From Amoebidium appalachense (taxonomy: Eukaryota; Protista; Ichthyosporea), in contig CAVNZM010000003.1 in NCBI GenBank assembly GCA_963693365.1, positions 1,886,768-1,950,767 on the forward strand: a stretch of 64,000 nt of DNA, given 5' to 3'. The translations under genes were made by a program, and so were the position numbers. Positions 1 to 23,020 of this stretch are shown here, piece after piece. Position 1 is the stretch's first letter. The number at the start of each line of letters is the position of its first letter. A model generated the notes under the pieces. It saw only the letters and a list, made by a program, of their open reading frames with translations. It made no database searches and had not been told where the DNA came from.

Positions 1-48
1 CAGATATACACTTGCGCCTAAACCTCGTCCCTCCCACTCCCCCTCCCC

Positions 49-79
<31 letters not shown>

Positions 80-397
80 ACACACCCTCTCCCCCATCCC
101 CTCCCTCCACCTCCCCCTCTCTCCTTCCCCCCCTTGCTCTATATCTCTCTCTCTCCCTCCCTCCCCTCTCACTATCTTCCCCCTCTCGTCTCCCCTCCCC
201 CCCCTCCCCCCATTTCAGTCTCGCCTTCCCTATCCCCCTCCCCACCCCACCCCATCCACCCATTCAATAAGCCCGCTGATAAATAAATGCGTGCCTGTAC
301 CCCCCCCCCCCCCCCCCCCCCCCCCCCGGAGAAAAAAAATGAAAAAGAACATAGCTATAAAATAAAAAATAAAAAAAAGGGGGGGGGGGGGGGGGTA

Positions 398-1400
398 ACG
401 AACATGGGTTGAGAGACCGATCCTCTGGGTGTAGGTACGGATGGCTTTCTTTCCAGCGAAGAGGCCGTAACCGATTTCTCGGTTTTCGTTACGGTTTCCT
501 GTCTTTCATGTCTTTCTGACCTCGAACTTTCTCTTCTTTCCGTTTTTTCAGGCTGTTTTTCGTATTTTTCGGACCTTCCGCTCTTGCTCCTGTCGGTCCT
601 GCCCAACCTTTCGGGTTGTTTTTCGGATCTTGAGCTCTCTGTCCTCCCCGATTTTTCGGTTTTTCCGGTTTGCTTTTCGGATTTTTCGGATTGAGAACTC
701 AATTTTGCGGCAGGTTGGCGTTGTGTCGGTTTGGTGGTTGGGGCGGGTTTGGTGGGTGGGGCAACTGGGGAAGCAAGTATCTGTGAGCAGACTTATTATA
801 GGTGTATATCGTGGGGGGGGGGGGGGGGGGGGGGGGGGGGTTTGAATGCGGAACACGGTACGAAGTACGCATACACGAAGGACACATGCAAAGGCAAACA
901 TTCAAGTATGCAACATAGCCATGGTGCTTACAGATGCACGACACAGAGCAACCATGCCCGGTTGCATGGAAGTAAACCGGTCTCCACACAGTGGTCTGTC
1001 CTGAAAGGACACCTCTGAAAGAAGACTGGGGGGGTTTGAATGCGGAACACGGTACGAAGTACGCATACACGATGAGAAGTATGGTGCAGGACACATGCAT
1101 AGGCAAACATTCAAGGATGCAACATCAGCCATGCGCACAGTATGCGTCATAAGCAGGGCCCATCCTCAGGGAGGGCCCAAGTCATCAATTGCGTCTGAGT
1201 TTCGACCCCTTAGCCCGCATATATACGACTCTCCAACTCAGACAGCAGCATCAACTGAACTTGGGAGGGTCAACCCGTCTTGATCAAAGACGAGCAGGGT
1301 TGCTTATGCAAGCAAGGTGAGCAAAACGGTGAATATGTGTGTGCAAACTAATGCAGTGCAGCGAAAAATGCGTATGTGCTTACAGATGCACGACACAGAG

Positions 1401-1436
<36 letters not shown>

Positions 1437-1625
1437 GGGGGGGGGGGGGTTCCTTGCCTTTTTCTTTTCTTCATATTTCTTCACTCTGTCACTTTCTTTC
1501 CTAAACCCCGTTATCTTCTTTCTTTAGAAAAAAGGAGACGGTGGTTGTGTGTGTGTGTTTTTTTATTATTATTTTTAATTCTATTTTATATTATTTTATT
1601 TCTTTATTTATTATTATTTATTTTT

Positions 1626-1691
<66 letters not shown>

Positions 1692-2316
1692 TTCTTTTTT
1701 TTTGGGGGGGGGGGGGGTTTGAATGCGTCAAAAAGTACGAAGTACACAAGAACAAACGGATAACACGATGCAGAATGCAAGCCATACATAAAGAGTATGC
1801 ATAATAAGCAGAGCCCATCCTCAGGGGGGGCCCACGTCATCCACAGTACCCGAGTTTCGACCTATTTCCCGGGGGGGGGGGGGGGGGGGGTTCAACTTGT
1901 GCAGTATGAGATTTACAAATGCAGCCATGTAGACATATACATACCAGAATAAAAACAGATATACAGAAAATTCTACATAGAAGTATGACCTTAGATATAT
2001 ACACATGAATACAAGAATACATGCATTACATTACACAGAAGGTTATGTAATACAAAATCAAAGAAAAAGAGGGGGGGTGGGGAGGGGGGAGGGGGGAGGG
2101 GGGGAAGGGGAGTACATAGTACACATACATTACGGACAACTTAATGCAGAATGCAAACAATGCAAAGAGAGAACGATGGGAGTGACATCGAAACAAAGGC
2201 AAGCACAGCACACATTACCTGATGGAAGGGGTGCCGTAACCCACTTGTAGAGCCTGAGATGAACACAACATGTCAGTATTAGCAAGCCCACCCCCCCCCC
2301 CCCCCCCCTCCTCGCT

Positions 2317-2359
<43 letters not shown>

Positions 2360-2708
2360 GTAACAACTGTGCCTGTGTGCAGGGAAAAAGACAATGAGTC
2401 ATAAAAAGGGACCCACCCACAAACAATACACACACACAGTACACGGTATCTCAGTTTACACCTTTTTGGAGGTGTCTTTTTTCTTAAGGGCTATCGACTT
2501 CATTACAACAACTGTTAACATGAAAACGCCACTTAAGATAACAATAACCTAAATTTGCCTCTATGCAAAGAGAGCACACTCACAGACACCTAGAAACATA
2601 TACAGACATGCACAGAGAAACACAGGAAGATCAAATACACTATGTTGTTACTCAGGCCCTCCCTTTGGGCTTTGCTTCAAGGCTGCCCTATATTGTGTGT
2701 TGCCCTTC

Positions 2709-2739
<31 letters not shown>

Positions 2740-2765
2740 ACGCCCTCCCCAAAGCCATACACACG

Positions 2766-2832
<67 letters not shown>

Positions 2833-3086
2833 GCCCCCACCCCCACCTTCGCCCCACCCCCAGAAACGCAATAGCTTTTTGTGTGTGTGTTGGCAAAGGG
2901 GGTAGGTGGGGGATGAGGGGGGGGGGGGGGGGGGGGGGGGGGGGAAGGGGGGTATGTGTTCCCTTCTCCCCCTTTTTTAGGCAGGAGGTGATCGTGTGTG
3001 CGAGGAGCGGGAGGGGGGCGGGGAAGCGAGGGAGGGAGGGAGGAGGGGGGGCGGGGGGAGTGGAAGTGTGTATGTTTGGGGGGAAG

Positions 3087-3117
<31 letters not shown>

Positions 3118-3240
3118 ACATACCAATTGATGAATGGGTCTGTAGCAGCCAATAAAAATACGGCAAGGGCATCTTTCATCTCATTGCAACTTTTCCGATT
3201 ACGAACCATCGCAAGAATGTAGTCCAAGAGCACATCCCCT

Positions 3241-3299
<59 letters not shown>

Positions 3300-3922
3300 T
3301 GAGTGTGTGTGTGTGTGTGAATGCGAGTGAGGATGTTTGTGTGCTTGCAGCATGTGTGTGTATGTGCAGGTGTGTGTGTCTGCATGCACACCCATGTGTG
3401 TGCTTGCATATCCTTACACAAACACTCACTCATACCCCATGCAATCCCACCTCCTGCGAAGAAAAAAAAACAGGAAAAAACGGGCAACAAAAAGACATCT
3501 GTACATGCATTACCTGTACCTACCCCTATTCCCGACGCAATCAACCCATGCTTACTGTCGCAAAAACAACCATTCCCAAACAAGGAAAGAAGAAATACAG
3601 AAGGGAAGATGAAAAACCCCACCCAGTCATGACCTATCCAACCCCCGCCACCTACCCCTCCCCCTCCCTCCTACCCCCCTCCACCCACCCACCCACCCAC
3701 CCAGCACCAACACCACACACACACATACAAAAGCACTCGCACACAAGTGGGCGCACAAAACGCAGGTGTATACCCACACACACACACACACGTGTACAAC
3801 CACATCACTCTCACCCCCCACTCACCCACCCATCCACACACCCACACTCACACACACCCACTCACCCCCCCACACACACACATGTACACCAACACCCACC
3901 TACCCACCCAAGTGCATACCCC

Positions 3923-3953
<31 letters not shown>

Positions 3954-4368
3954 ACACACCTCCCGTCGTCTCCACATTCAGTCTTTCCAGCTCCGCCGTG
4001 ACAACTCCCTGTGCCCCACCATTCCATCAGCATAGACATACACCCACCCACTACTCATCCCCTCCCTCTTCCCCCCACTTCCCATCCCATACATGCACAC
4101 GCGCACCCGCACAAATAACACACACACAGACACACACACACACGCACACACACACAACACACTCCTCTCCCGGGTAGTCCTTCTACTACAACATGAATTC
4201 CTGCCCTGTCCCTGGACTTAATCTTGCCCATGGTCAACCCATTTCCATCTCACCCACCCTTTGTTCTAGGGGAAGGGGGGTAGGGAGAAGGGGGGGATAG
4301 GTGAGAGAGAGAGAGAGAGAAGAGAAGAGTGGGAGACTTTGTAGATGGTTGGGGGGCGGTGGTGGGGG

Positions 4369-4402
<34 letters not shown>

Positions 4403-4762
4403 AGGAGGGGGATAGAGAGAGAGAGAGCGAGGGAGGGAGGGAGAAGACGAGCCGGAGCGTGACGACGAGGGGGGGGGGGGGGGGGGGGGGGGGGAGGGGG
4501 GAGGGGGAGGGGGGGGGGGGGCGATCCGGGGGGAGAGGGGGGGCAGTGGAAAGGGGGGGGACGGGGGAGGGAAGGAGGGAGGGAGAGGGCGAGAGAAGCA
4601 TGGAGGGAGGGGGGAGAGAGGAAAAAGAGGCAAGGGATAAGGGTGGTCGGGATGAGCGAGAGGTGCGTGGAGGGGAAAAAGTTTGCTCGTTATTTCTACG
4701 AGCGGAAAATTGGCTGGCTGTCCCGGACGGGGAGGGAGAGGGGCCGGCGGCGGCGGGGGCGG

Positions 4763-4803
<41 letters not shown>

Positions 4804-4902
4804 AGGGGGGGGGAAGAAGGGGGGGGGGGGGGGGGGGGGGGGAAGGGTCACCTTCAGCTTCGAAAGCTGCTCTTCGGACTGAAGGGGTATCGGTTGGTCC
4901 AT
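398..4902 (-). CDS. PWI-like domain RNA-processing protein (Nab2/ZC3H14- or RBM26-type), 5' part; continues beyond the window start
   Basis: Exons: 4852-4902 (MDQPIPLQSEEQLSKLK), putative 4258-4265 (8 nt), 3514-3554, 3124-3238 (GDVLLDYILAMVRNRKSCNEMKDALAVFLLAATDPFINW), 2219-2253 (LYKWVTAPLPS) and ~398-780 (S/E/K/R-rich). The DYI..MV.N.KS..EM...L..FL.....F..WL pattern matches the PWI-like N-terminus of ZC3H14/Nab2/RBM26. Boundaries of the last exon are approximate. Confidence 0.7.
841..1317 (-). mobile_element. Structured intronic repeat: a diverged full copy plus tandem 3' fragments
   Basis: The reverse complement of ~1035-1317 aligns with 62131-62380 (CCTTGCTTGCATAAGCAACCCTGCTCGTCT..GGTCGAAACTC..CCCTGAGGATGGG). 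The 3' end GCATTCAAA+poly-C appears twice, at ~841 and ~1035. Confidence 0.8.
1718..1866 (-). mobile_element. 5'-truncated, near-identical copy of the element at 62131-62380
   Basis: The reverse complement matches 62231-62380 with about one mismatch. The ORF track gives the identical peptide MTWAPPEDGLCLLCILF..DAFKPPP at both sites. Confidence 0.9.
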
Positions 4903-5822
4903 GGTGAATAGTGGGTGTGGGTGATGGTGATGATCTTTGACTTATTTCGGTTGTACGCAGACAGCTGCGTAAAAGAGGTTTGTACAGGTGTGTAAAAGTA
5001 AACGATTAAAAGGAGGTATGGACACAAAAGCTTTTGATGCTACTTTAGGTCACAAAAGGTTTATCGTGCTATAAAAATTTACGACTTAGCAGGAGTGGAC
5101 GAAAAGAATATCACAAAAAAACGGGAGGCCAACTTGCTGTTGCTTAGTGGGGCAAAAAAAAGAAAAGAAAGAAACAAAAGTTCGACCGCAAAATGAAACT
5201 AGACGGGGTTGGCGCTAGAGAACACTAAAAGAAGACCAAGAAAGGGGGCTAAAGAAATGTATAATGCAGAAAAAAACAATCTAACTAGTCTGTCACACAC
5301 ACCAGCGTGAAGCGCTGGAAAACTTCACGAAACTTTTGTGTCTATCCCCGCGGCCGCCGGCGCTCTCAGTTTTAGTGGAAAAAATAAAGCCTAAATTGCG
5401 TAGACCCGATGAGATTACACCAAAAAGCACGTGCGGCCAATTGATGACGTCATCCTGTGGTATCTCTGCACTGAGTCAACGGTGTACGCGTGTGCGTGTG
5501 TTGTGTGTGTGTACATGTATGTGAGCGTGTGTGTTAGTGAATGTGTGTGTGTTTTATGTGTGTATGTGTGTGTGTGTGTACATGAGCGTGTGTGTGTATG
5601 TATTTGTGTATTTGTCTCTGTGGGTGTGTGTCTTGTGCATGCGTGTACACGTACACGGTGTGTGTGTGTGTGTGTATGTGATTGTGCATGCGCGATCTCG
5701 TGCCGGTGGCCGGGTTTACATACACATGTGCGGTGTATGAGTGCGGGTGTATGCTATAAAATGTCCAAGGTACCATTTGAGCAAAGCTCACACCGAAAAA
5801 AAAAAGGGGGACGCCGGGGAAA

Positions 5823-5861
<39 letters not shown>

Positions 5862-6054
5862 CTCCCCCTGAGCTTCTTTCCAGAATTTTATTCTTTGTAT
5901 ACTTATAACTCCATCCATAGTGGAGCCGACAAAGTAATTGTTTTTACATTATAAATACCCCCCAGTCGCTGGCAAATTAAGCAATGTTTCATTCATACCG
6001 ATCAAAATATCCCCAACCCATATATGGGAAACTGTACAGACAAACCCCCACGAT

Positions 6055-6195
6055 GGGTGTTTCTTTTAGGTATTCGGGTCGGGCCAGACCCGAGTGTGAT
6101 ATATGCAATATGATTGGCTCGGTGCGCATCAAACAGCATTTGGCCCGACCCGAGGACCAAAAAGCGGTGACCATAATCTGCCTAAAAGAAACCCC
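6055..6195. mobile_element. MITE-like fold-back element (possibly PIF/Harbinger-type)
   Basis: Terminal inverted repeats GGGTGTTTCTTTTAGG / CCTAAAAGAAACCCC and an inner perfect 13-bp inverted repeat TCGGGTCGGGCCA / TGGCCCGACCCGA. A related shorter copy lies at 32024-32090. No TSD seen. Confidence 0.65.
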
Positions 6196-6505
6196 CTTAA
6201 CCCTTACGCACACACACGTACATGATATTATACTTCAAGGCAGCAAGTTGTGCATACAAATAGAGACAATGGGAACCCGGGCAGGAAGGGGCGTGGTGTG
6301 TGTGTGCGTGTGTGTTTGTGTGTGTGTGTGTGTGTGTTGGGGGGGGGGGGGGGGGGGGGGGAGGGGGGGAAGGTCGTGTGCCGTGCAAAAAAAAAAACAA
6401 AAAAAAACAGCGATTACCGTTGTGCACGTGAGTGAGTTGTGTAAAACAAGACCATGAAACAATAAACCACTGAGAAATGGCCAGGGGAGAGACGGGAAAA
6501 AAAAA

Positions 6506-15660
<9,155 letters not shown>

Positions 15661-16594
15661 GGATGCTGCTTATTTTGTGCTTAGTAAAGCACAGATCTAA
15701 ATGTGCAGTTGAGGAATCGGTCAGCCTTCAAGTGGTGCACTTCAGCAATGGCCACTTTTTGGTATAATCCTCCTGCCTGGATTCTTTTCTTGTGCTCAGA
15801 GGTGGTAATATCGGAATATGGTCTTAGCAAGAGTATGGTGGTGGCGTTCTTTTTACCTAATTGGTTAATCATTCAAAGCACAGATCTACCTCGTGTGAGG
15901 TAACAGGAAATGCAGAAATGTTGTGTTATGACAATTTGGCACAGTGCAGAATGAGTGAAAGGCGAGCTCTAGAGCTGAAAGGAAAGCCAGTAACGCTGTT
16001 TTGTGTTGTATAAATGTCTATTTCAAGCCACCATGAAAAAGCTCAGATCCACAACATCAAGCATTAAAAGAGTGAACTCCAGCGAGTCCAGCTGGGAGAA
16101 CGGTTCTTCCTGGCCCTATGTATAGCGTAGTCTTGTAGCCGTAGACTCGCTATCAACTACGTCATTTTTTGTATTATAAATTATAGCATAGAGGCACACA
16201 GGACAGCGAGGTCTTTAGACTAACTGAAACGTTTGCGCAAAGCTTACGCATACGTGGCTAAAGCAATCCCTCTGTCGAAGTAACTTTTCTTCAAGGACGG
16301 AAAAGCTTGTTGGAAAACAATTAGAGCTTGCATGTAGGAAGAGCTGGTTATTGTGCATGCATTAAAGCTACACACGCATGCTTTTATATTAGTTGCTTGC
16401 TATCTAGTATATAGAGCTACAAAGATAGTGGTCCCTTTAAATGACTACTGGTCCCAACCTTTTTCGTAGTAATTTTTTTTTTGGTAGTTTTGTTCTGAGG
16501 AAACAACGAACTTTGTTCGCTCACTTGAGTCAAAGTGTGCAGAGTAATTTTTACACAAACAATTTATTTGCGTTTTCTGTGAGGAAATGTTGAG
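15661..16594. promoter_or_regulatory. Divergent intergenic/promoter region between the ZDHHC (-) and CDK (+) genes
   Basis: About 0.93 kb of microsatellite-free sequence between head-to-head start codons. No specific motif was assigned. Confidence 0.45.
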
Positions 16595-18395
16595 ATGTCT
16601 TTAAATAGGATTGTTCTTTCTCCCTCCTACCGGAGGCTACCCCACCCACAACCACCAGACAGGGTTCGTGATGCAGCCCATTACTCTAAGATAGAAAAAC
16701 TGGGCGCTGGGACATTTGGGGAGGTATGGAAGGCAAAATTTCCAGGCACCAAAACAGATGACTTTGTCGCTCTGAAGAAAATCCTAGCGCTAAATGAGAA
16801 CATGGGAGGCGTGAAAGACGAGGGGTTTCCTAGAACATTCCTTCGAGAGATAAAAATTCTCAAGGAGTTGGATCATGAAAACATCCTTTCCATCAGGTCT
16901 ATGGCGGTGACGGCAAATTCTGTCTACCTCGTTTTTGAATTCATGGACCATGACCTTTCCGGATTAATCAAGGCGCACGGGCACACGTTCTCCCTACCGC
17001 AGATCAAGTCCTATTCTAGGCAGATGTTTGAGGGACTGGTTTACCTACACAGACACAACATTCTACACCGTGATTTGAAGAGCTCAAACATCCTTCTCGA
17101 CAACAAGGGGGTGCTGAAACTGGCCGACTTCGGCCTTGCACGCTACGCACACGAGTCGAAAATTTCCGTTTCGGACTTGACGGAAAAACGAAAACATCAA
17201 CCCCCCCTCACTAACAAGGTAGTCACCCTGTGGTATCGCGCGCCTGAACTACTTCTTGGTGCGATACGGTATGATGACAAGATTGACATGTGGGGTGCGG
17301 GGTTAATCGTCGCGGAGATGTTCACCACGAAGCCGTTTTTCCCGGGGAACTCCGAGGCCGAACAGTACGAACTAATATGCGAAACATGCGGGTCGCCGGA
17401 CAACGGAACGTGGCCGCACGTCGACAAATTGCCATGTTTCAACATGTACGCGGCAAACAAGAAGAGGCTGAGGCGAAACGTCAGAGACACGCTCATCTCC
17501 CGCGCCATCAAGGGGATTCCTCCAGATGCGGTGGACATGATCGACAAATTACTTTGGATGGACCCTGCACGGAGGCCAGACGCAAACAGAATTCTCGACC
17601 ACGATTTCCTTTGGGTGGAGCCCGAGCCCCTCCCGGCTGCGTTCATGCCAACCTACCCATCCACGCACGAGTACACGGTACACAAGATCAACGTCGCGGA
17701 GCATCCGTCGCAGAACATGCCCATTCCTCGCGCCCCGGCACCGCAGATGCACAGTGCGCGCTCGAAGCACAACAGACACCAATACAGGGGGGGTGATGGG
17801 CAATACCACCACGACAGACATGGGAGAGATGGGAACAACTGGGGCGGAAGGGGGGAGGGGGCGGAGGTGGAAGGCACGGTGGGGGAGGGGGACACAACAG
17901 GGGTGGGGGGGAGGGCATGAGGGGGGTCCGGACGCGGGGGGTGGAGGGGGACCGCAGAGAAACAGAGACAGGAGGTATGGGAGGAGCCACAGTCGGCAGC
18001 AGCAGCCGTTCGGAAATCGGGGGCCGGGGGGGCCGGAAAATGGGGTGGGGGGGGCCATGGGAGAACAACCCGCACCGTTTGGGGGTTCCTTGGAGGTGAA
18101 TTTCTTGGACGAGGACGGGAAATTGAAACCGCGCCCACCCGGGGAGGGACTTTTGCCCCTACCGCCCCATTTCGTGCCTCAACCGATAATGGGTGGCGGG
18201 GGAGGGGGCGGGGGAGGGGGTGGGGGGGTGAAATGGGGAGGTAATAGGGGTGATAGAAGTGATAGAGGGGAGGGTAGGGGGAGAGATGGTGGAAGGAGAG
18301 GACACTCGGATGGGGAGAGGGGGGACAGGGGGGAGAGGGGGGGCAAGAGGGAGAGAGAAGAGGACGGACAGAGGGAGGATGGGGAGGTGGTTTAA
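16595..18395 (+). CDS. Intronless CDK9/CDK12/Bur1-family transcriptional kinase with a Gly/Arg-rich tail; apparent frameshift(s) in G-runs at ~17850-17915
   Basis: Motifs GAGTFGEV, VALKK, PRTFLRE (PITALRE-like), HRDLKSSN, DFGLAR, LTNKVVTLWYRAPELLLG and a C-terminal HEY motif. ORF 16595-17920 stops in the G-rich tail. Frame 17754-18395 continues with RG-rich sequence ending EDGEVV. Confidence 0.9.
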
Positions 18396-18787
18396 GGTAG
18401 TTGAAGGTGACCTTGTTCTGTCTCTCGCTTCTTTCTGTCCCTGTCTCTCTCTTCCCTCTCTCTCTCTCTCTTTCTCTCTCGTCCTCCCCCCTCCCTCCCT
18501 CCCTCCCTCCCTCCCTCCCCCCCCCCCCCCCCCCTGTCCTCTCTCTCCCTCTACCCTCCCCTCCTCCCCCCTCCCCCCCCCCCCCCCCCCCCCCTCTCCC
18601 CCGGTTGTTGGCTATGCCTATACGGTCAGTATTCCCCGGGGTGTGTGAATGAAATGTATTGATGTAAATGTCCTAATTTTAATCAAGAATTTGACGGTGT
18701 ATAATCTTATATTTATTTTCTTTTCCATTCCTTTCTTTTCTTTTCTTCTTCGTTTCTGTTTCTTTCGGTTTCGTGGGCGAACACCCA

Positions 18788-18818
<31 letters not shown>

Positions 18819-20410
18819 TTGTGTTGACTGATGAGATGGATTTCTGTCGTTCACCTTAAAATTTTTAAAACTAAATTTATACCGACTAATAACAACGGTG
18901 CGAACACAATGTACATAGTCACCGTCATAGCTATATGCACGACCGTCTGATAGTTCAAACTAAGCTGTATAACGAAGCAATGCGCGAAACCTGCAAGAAA
19001 TACAGGCGTTATTCTCATGAGCAAAGTTCAAGTTCAAGAAAGGTTTAAAATTTTTGTATTTGAATGTGTGTGGGCTGTGTGGGCGAACAAAAGGGACCAA
19101 GTGCACAATGTCATCCGTGTTTGTTTACACATTTACATACATTCCTGCTGATATACTTCATGTACACATGCTTGCGTTCATACTCCACGCATACACACCT
19201 ATTTGTAAACTCTCTTACATTCATACATGCGTTATATGCCTAATGGATACATACCTACTTATATGCTTTAATACATACATACATGCTTGTATACCTTTAT
19301 CCTTGCACGTGTGCGCAAGCTCAAGTACTTTTATGCATACACTAAGTTTACGAGTGTTATGCACGTGTTATGTTGTGCATACGTATCACTTAATCTAATG
19401 CTTACGTACATACACGCTTCAAAAAAAATAAAAAAAATAAGATTTGTCATTTTGTGTGCGCATGATGTGCCTTGCGAATTTAACCCCGACCCAGTTTTTC
19501 CCCCTGCCCCGCCTCTCTTGCCCAACTATGTATGATCAGATGAACAATTTTATTTACCCCCCCCTCTTGACCATACCTCTCCTATCCATAGATCTCTATC
19601 CAGTATAATCTAGAGAGACGGGGGTTTGGGGGATCCCACATGTATGCTTTGAGTGCTGTCTCCCTGCGGCCTTTCTAACATACCTTGTATGTTGCCGCAG
19701 GCGACAGTCACTAGACAAAGTTTGATCGCGCGTGTAATCGGATCTGATTTACGAGGCACAGCGGCTTTTTAACCTAATGAGATTTACAGTTTGCTTTGAA
19801 AATTTTAAGCACTCCGATTGGTCATTACATAAGGCGATCTGATTGGTCATTACAGCCAGAAGGACTTCTCCGGAGACGTCCCGCAGCGTCGTAGGCCGCC
19901 CCGGCCACTTGCGTAAGCCAGCGGGTACAAAGCCTTGGAGACTAACTGGGCGTCATGGTTTTCAAAGTTTATTAAATAACAGTCTATATTTATAATGATT
20001 CAGCGACACTGCACACTGCACACTGCAAACAGCGATCAAACTTTCACAACTTCAAATTAAAGAACCCCCCACCCCACATGCCATTTACCTCTACATACCC
20101 CACATCCAGAATGAACACATTCGTCAAACCCCCGCAACAATGCCACCAAATCTTCAGCACCCACAAATGGAACAAGAAAGCATTCAAGATTGTCAGAGAG
20201 AAAGGTATTGTAAATATAAAAAAAAAGAAAAGAGAGAAGGAAGAAATGAAGGAAAGAAGGAGGGGAGGGGAAAAAAAACACACGGAAAAAGCTTAGAAAG
20301 AACAAACCAATTCGATCAACACCTATTTACGACGTGGCTTTTGCACTTTAAATAATTCACCTACAGAAAGAAAAAAAACAAGCAAAAACAAACAAACAAA
20401 CAAAAACCCT

Positions 20411-21377
20411 CTAAAAACTATCTACTTCACACAAAGACTCATCATCGATATCGGCTTCGAACTTTCGGCTGCACGATGGATCTGGTGGGGTTGGGATAGA
20501 TATTTCCGTGAAATTTCTGAAATTACGCGCGTCAGCAAGACCAGTGTTTGGACATTCGGTGCTATCACCGGATATCACAGACGTACCGCCGCATTCTAAT
20601 TCCGCGCACGGTGAGCAAAAATTCGGTGACAAACGCGGATTTAGGAGGCTTGTAAGGCTCCTTGGGAACCTGGATTTTTCGTGGGGTTTCACCGATTTGC
20701 TCGGGAGGGGGGTCTTGTATGAAATCACTCCCTCCGAAAGCGAAAGTACGGCTGTGGGTGGCAAGCCGGTGCAGACGATTCTCCCGTGTTTTTGTTTCGG
20801 GTTTCCGAGGCAGGGTCTGTTGCCCCGCACTGCGGAGGGTGGTTGTACGGGGATATTCGTAGTGGAAATTGCGTTCATGCTTGCACTCGGCCTACTCGCC
20901 TGTCGTATGAGCGAGCCCGTAGCCCCATCTCGTCCATTATTTGACCCCCCCCGAGTCAACTTTCCTTTTCCCGCTTTAGATTTTTGGTGTTTCCAATAGA
21001 TTACCGGTCCCATATACACGGTGAAGTTCATGGCACCGTGCATCGAAATCAGTATCCCAATAAAAAGACTTAGGATATACGAATTTTCACCGGAATATAT
21101 CACATCGTATATGCGATTCGCCGCCGCGAGCCCCCACGTCAGCACGAACACCAATGACCAAATGGCCACCTGGCACAGGATGCTGATTTTCTTCCAATCA
21201 AATCTGTGGGATCCGGCACGGCGCCACGTTTGGATCATTTTTCCGGCCACGAAGAAATTTGCAGCGGTGATGTAGCACATGATGACGATCATAGGAATAT
21301 AGAACGTGCCGAACCGCAATGCCGGGTGGTCGGGTTTAATCCAACACCAGGGTCCTGTGTTTTTTTTTTTTTTTTTT

Positions 21378-21418
<41 letters not shown>

Positions 21419-21549
21419 GAACTTGTTTCAGAGAACACATTCACGGCTAACAACAACATGATGTACAGAGCAAAGGACACAAAACCGGAGTATATGCATC
21501 ATAAGGCTTAGCGGAATCGATTCTCAATGGAGGCCCAAGTCATTCACAA

Positions 21550-21584
<35 letters not shown>

Positions 21585-22180
21585 GAGGATGAGAGGGGTG
21601 TTTTTTTTTTTTTTTTTTTTTTTTTGGGGGGGGGGGTGGGGGGAGGGGGTGGAAGGGGAGGGGGGAGGGGGGAGGGAGGATGGGGGGGGAGGGGGGGGAG
21701 GGGAAGGGGGATTGAATATACCTGCAGGTCCAAGGGCATCAGAGGCAACCGAAATAATTGCGGCGGTGGTAGGCCACCCCCACGAAACCAAAAAATAGAT
21801 CGGAAAGAATGCACGTGCGCGTGTTTCACCCCACAGTAGGCCTAATCGGAGTGTGTGATCGGTTGTGAGAGATGCGATCCAGAGCCCGGAGCCAATGCCA
21901 TACGATGCCATGAACCCCTGTGGAAATTTGGGGTGTTGGGTGGTGGGTGCAGGGAGGGTTTTTATTTTCAGAACATGTTACACAGTAATAAGTAGAGGTC
22001 TTTGGTGAATAGACACGACGGAGTGAAGGGCGGCATGGGGTGCGGGCAAGGTAGTTTTTTTTTCTTTTTTTTGGAGAGGGGGGGGGGGGGGGGAAGGAGG
22101 GAGGGGGGAGTGCAGGCACGATCGACGGTTTTCCTGCACTCTCTGTATGGAGTCGTGATAACGCGCGCGTGTGCACGTGT

Positions 22181-22227
<47 letters not shown>

Positions 22228-22455
22228 CGTGCGCACGGTCGTGCGCGAGCACGTATGCATGTATGCTGTACAGGCTGAGAGACGCTTAGTCAAAAGTCGG
22301 TGAGGAAAGTTGTTTTGGGGGGTGTGGATGTTATCTCTGCTTGTTCCCCCTTATGCTTGTGTGTAGTGTGTGTGTGCGGGTTGTGTGTGTGTGTGTATGT
22401 GCGCGCGCATGTGTGTGTTTTGCGTGCACGCGCACGCATTTGTGTGTGTGTGTGG

Positions 22456-22488
<33 letters not shown>

Positions 22489-22673
22489 GGGATGATATAT
22501 AGCTGATTGGTTAAATGAAATAAGAGTGAATTCTAACACTTGCAGACAAGGCCAGAATGCAAAAATGTGGGAGCGAATACTGAAACTTCAAAAGGAAAAA
22601 GGAAAAATAAATGTACAACAAATATCAGGGGCAAACGGCACTTAGCCTAAGTCTCAAAATGAGAGAATGCCAC

Positions 22674-22737
<64 letters not shown>

Positions 22738-23020
22738 GGAAACGGAAAGACAGAAAGAAATAAACAAAGAAAGAAGAAAATCGTACCTGTGCAGCACACA
22801 ACCCCTTGTTCTCGAAGAATCGATTTCCCACGACGTTTCCCAGGGCCTCCACGGTCTCCACCATCGCGAGGTTTAGGAGGATGCAGTCCCGTATGACTCT
22901 TTCCGCCTTTGGTGTTCGCACCACCATAACAATCATGAGCACCGATCCCGTTAGACCGATCGTTCCGCATATGTTTACTACTAGTTGCAGATGGTCGGAT
23001 TGCTCAGGAGTAAGTGCCAT
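20411..23020 (-). CDS. 7-TM GPCR, cAMP-receptor-like (CAR/GCR1/GPR157-type)
   Basis: Exons 22787-23020 (..ENKGLCAAQ), 21722-21917 (GFMASYG..SWGWP..LGPAG) and 20411-21354 (PWCWIKPDHPALRFGTFYIP..HGAMNFTVY plus a long tail). The C..QG, WCWI and G..N..VY motifs are typical of this class. Confidence 0.85.

Noticed and set aside
17850-17920. Programmed frameshift or pseudogenisation of the CDK
   Set aside because: The breaks lie in G homopolymers after an intact kinase domain, so sequencing error is the simpler explanation.
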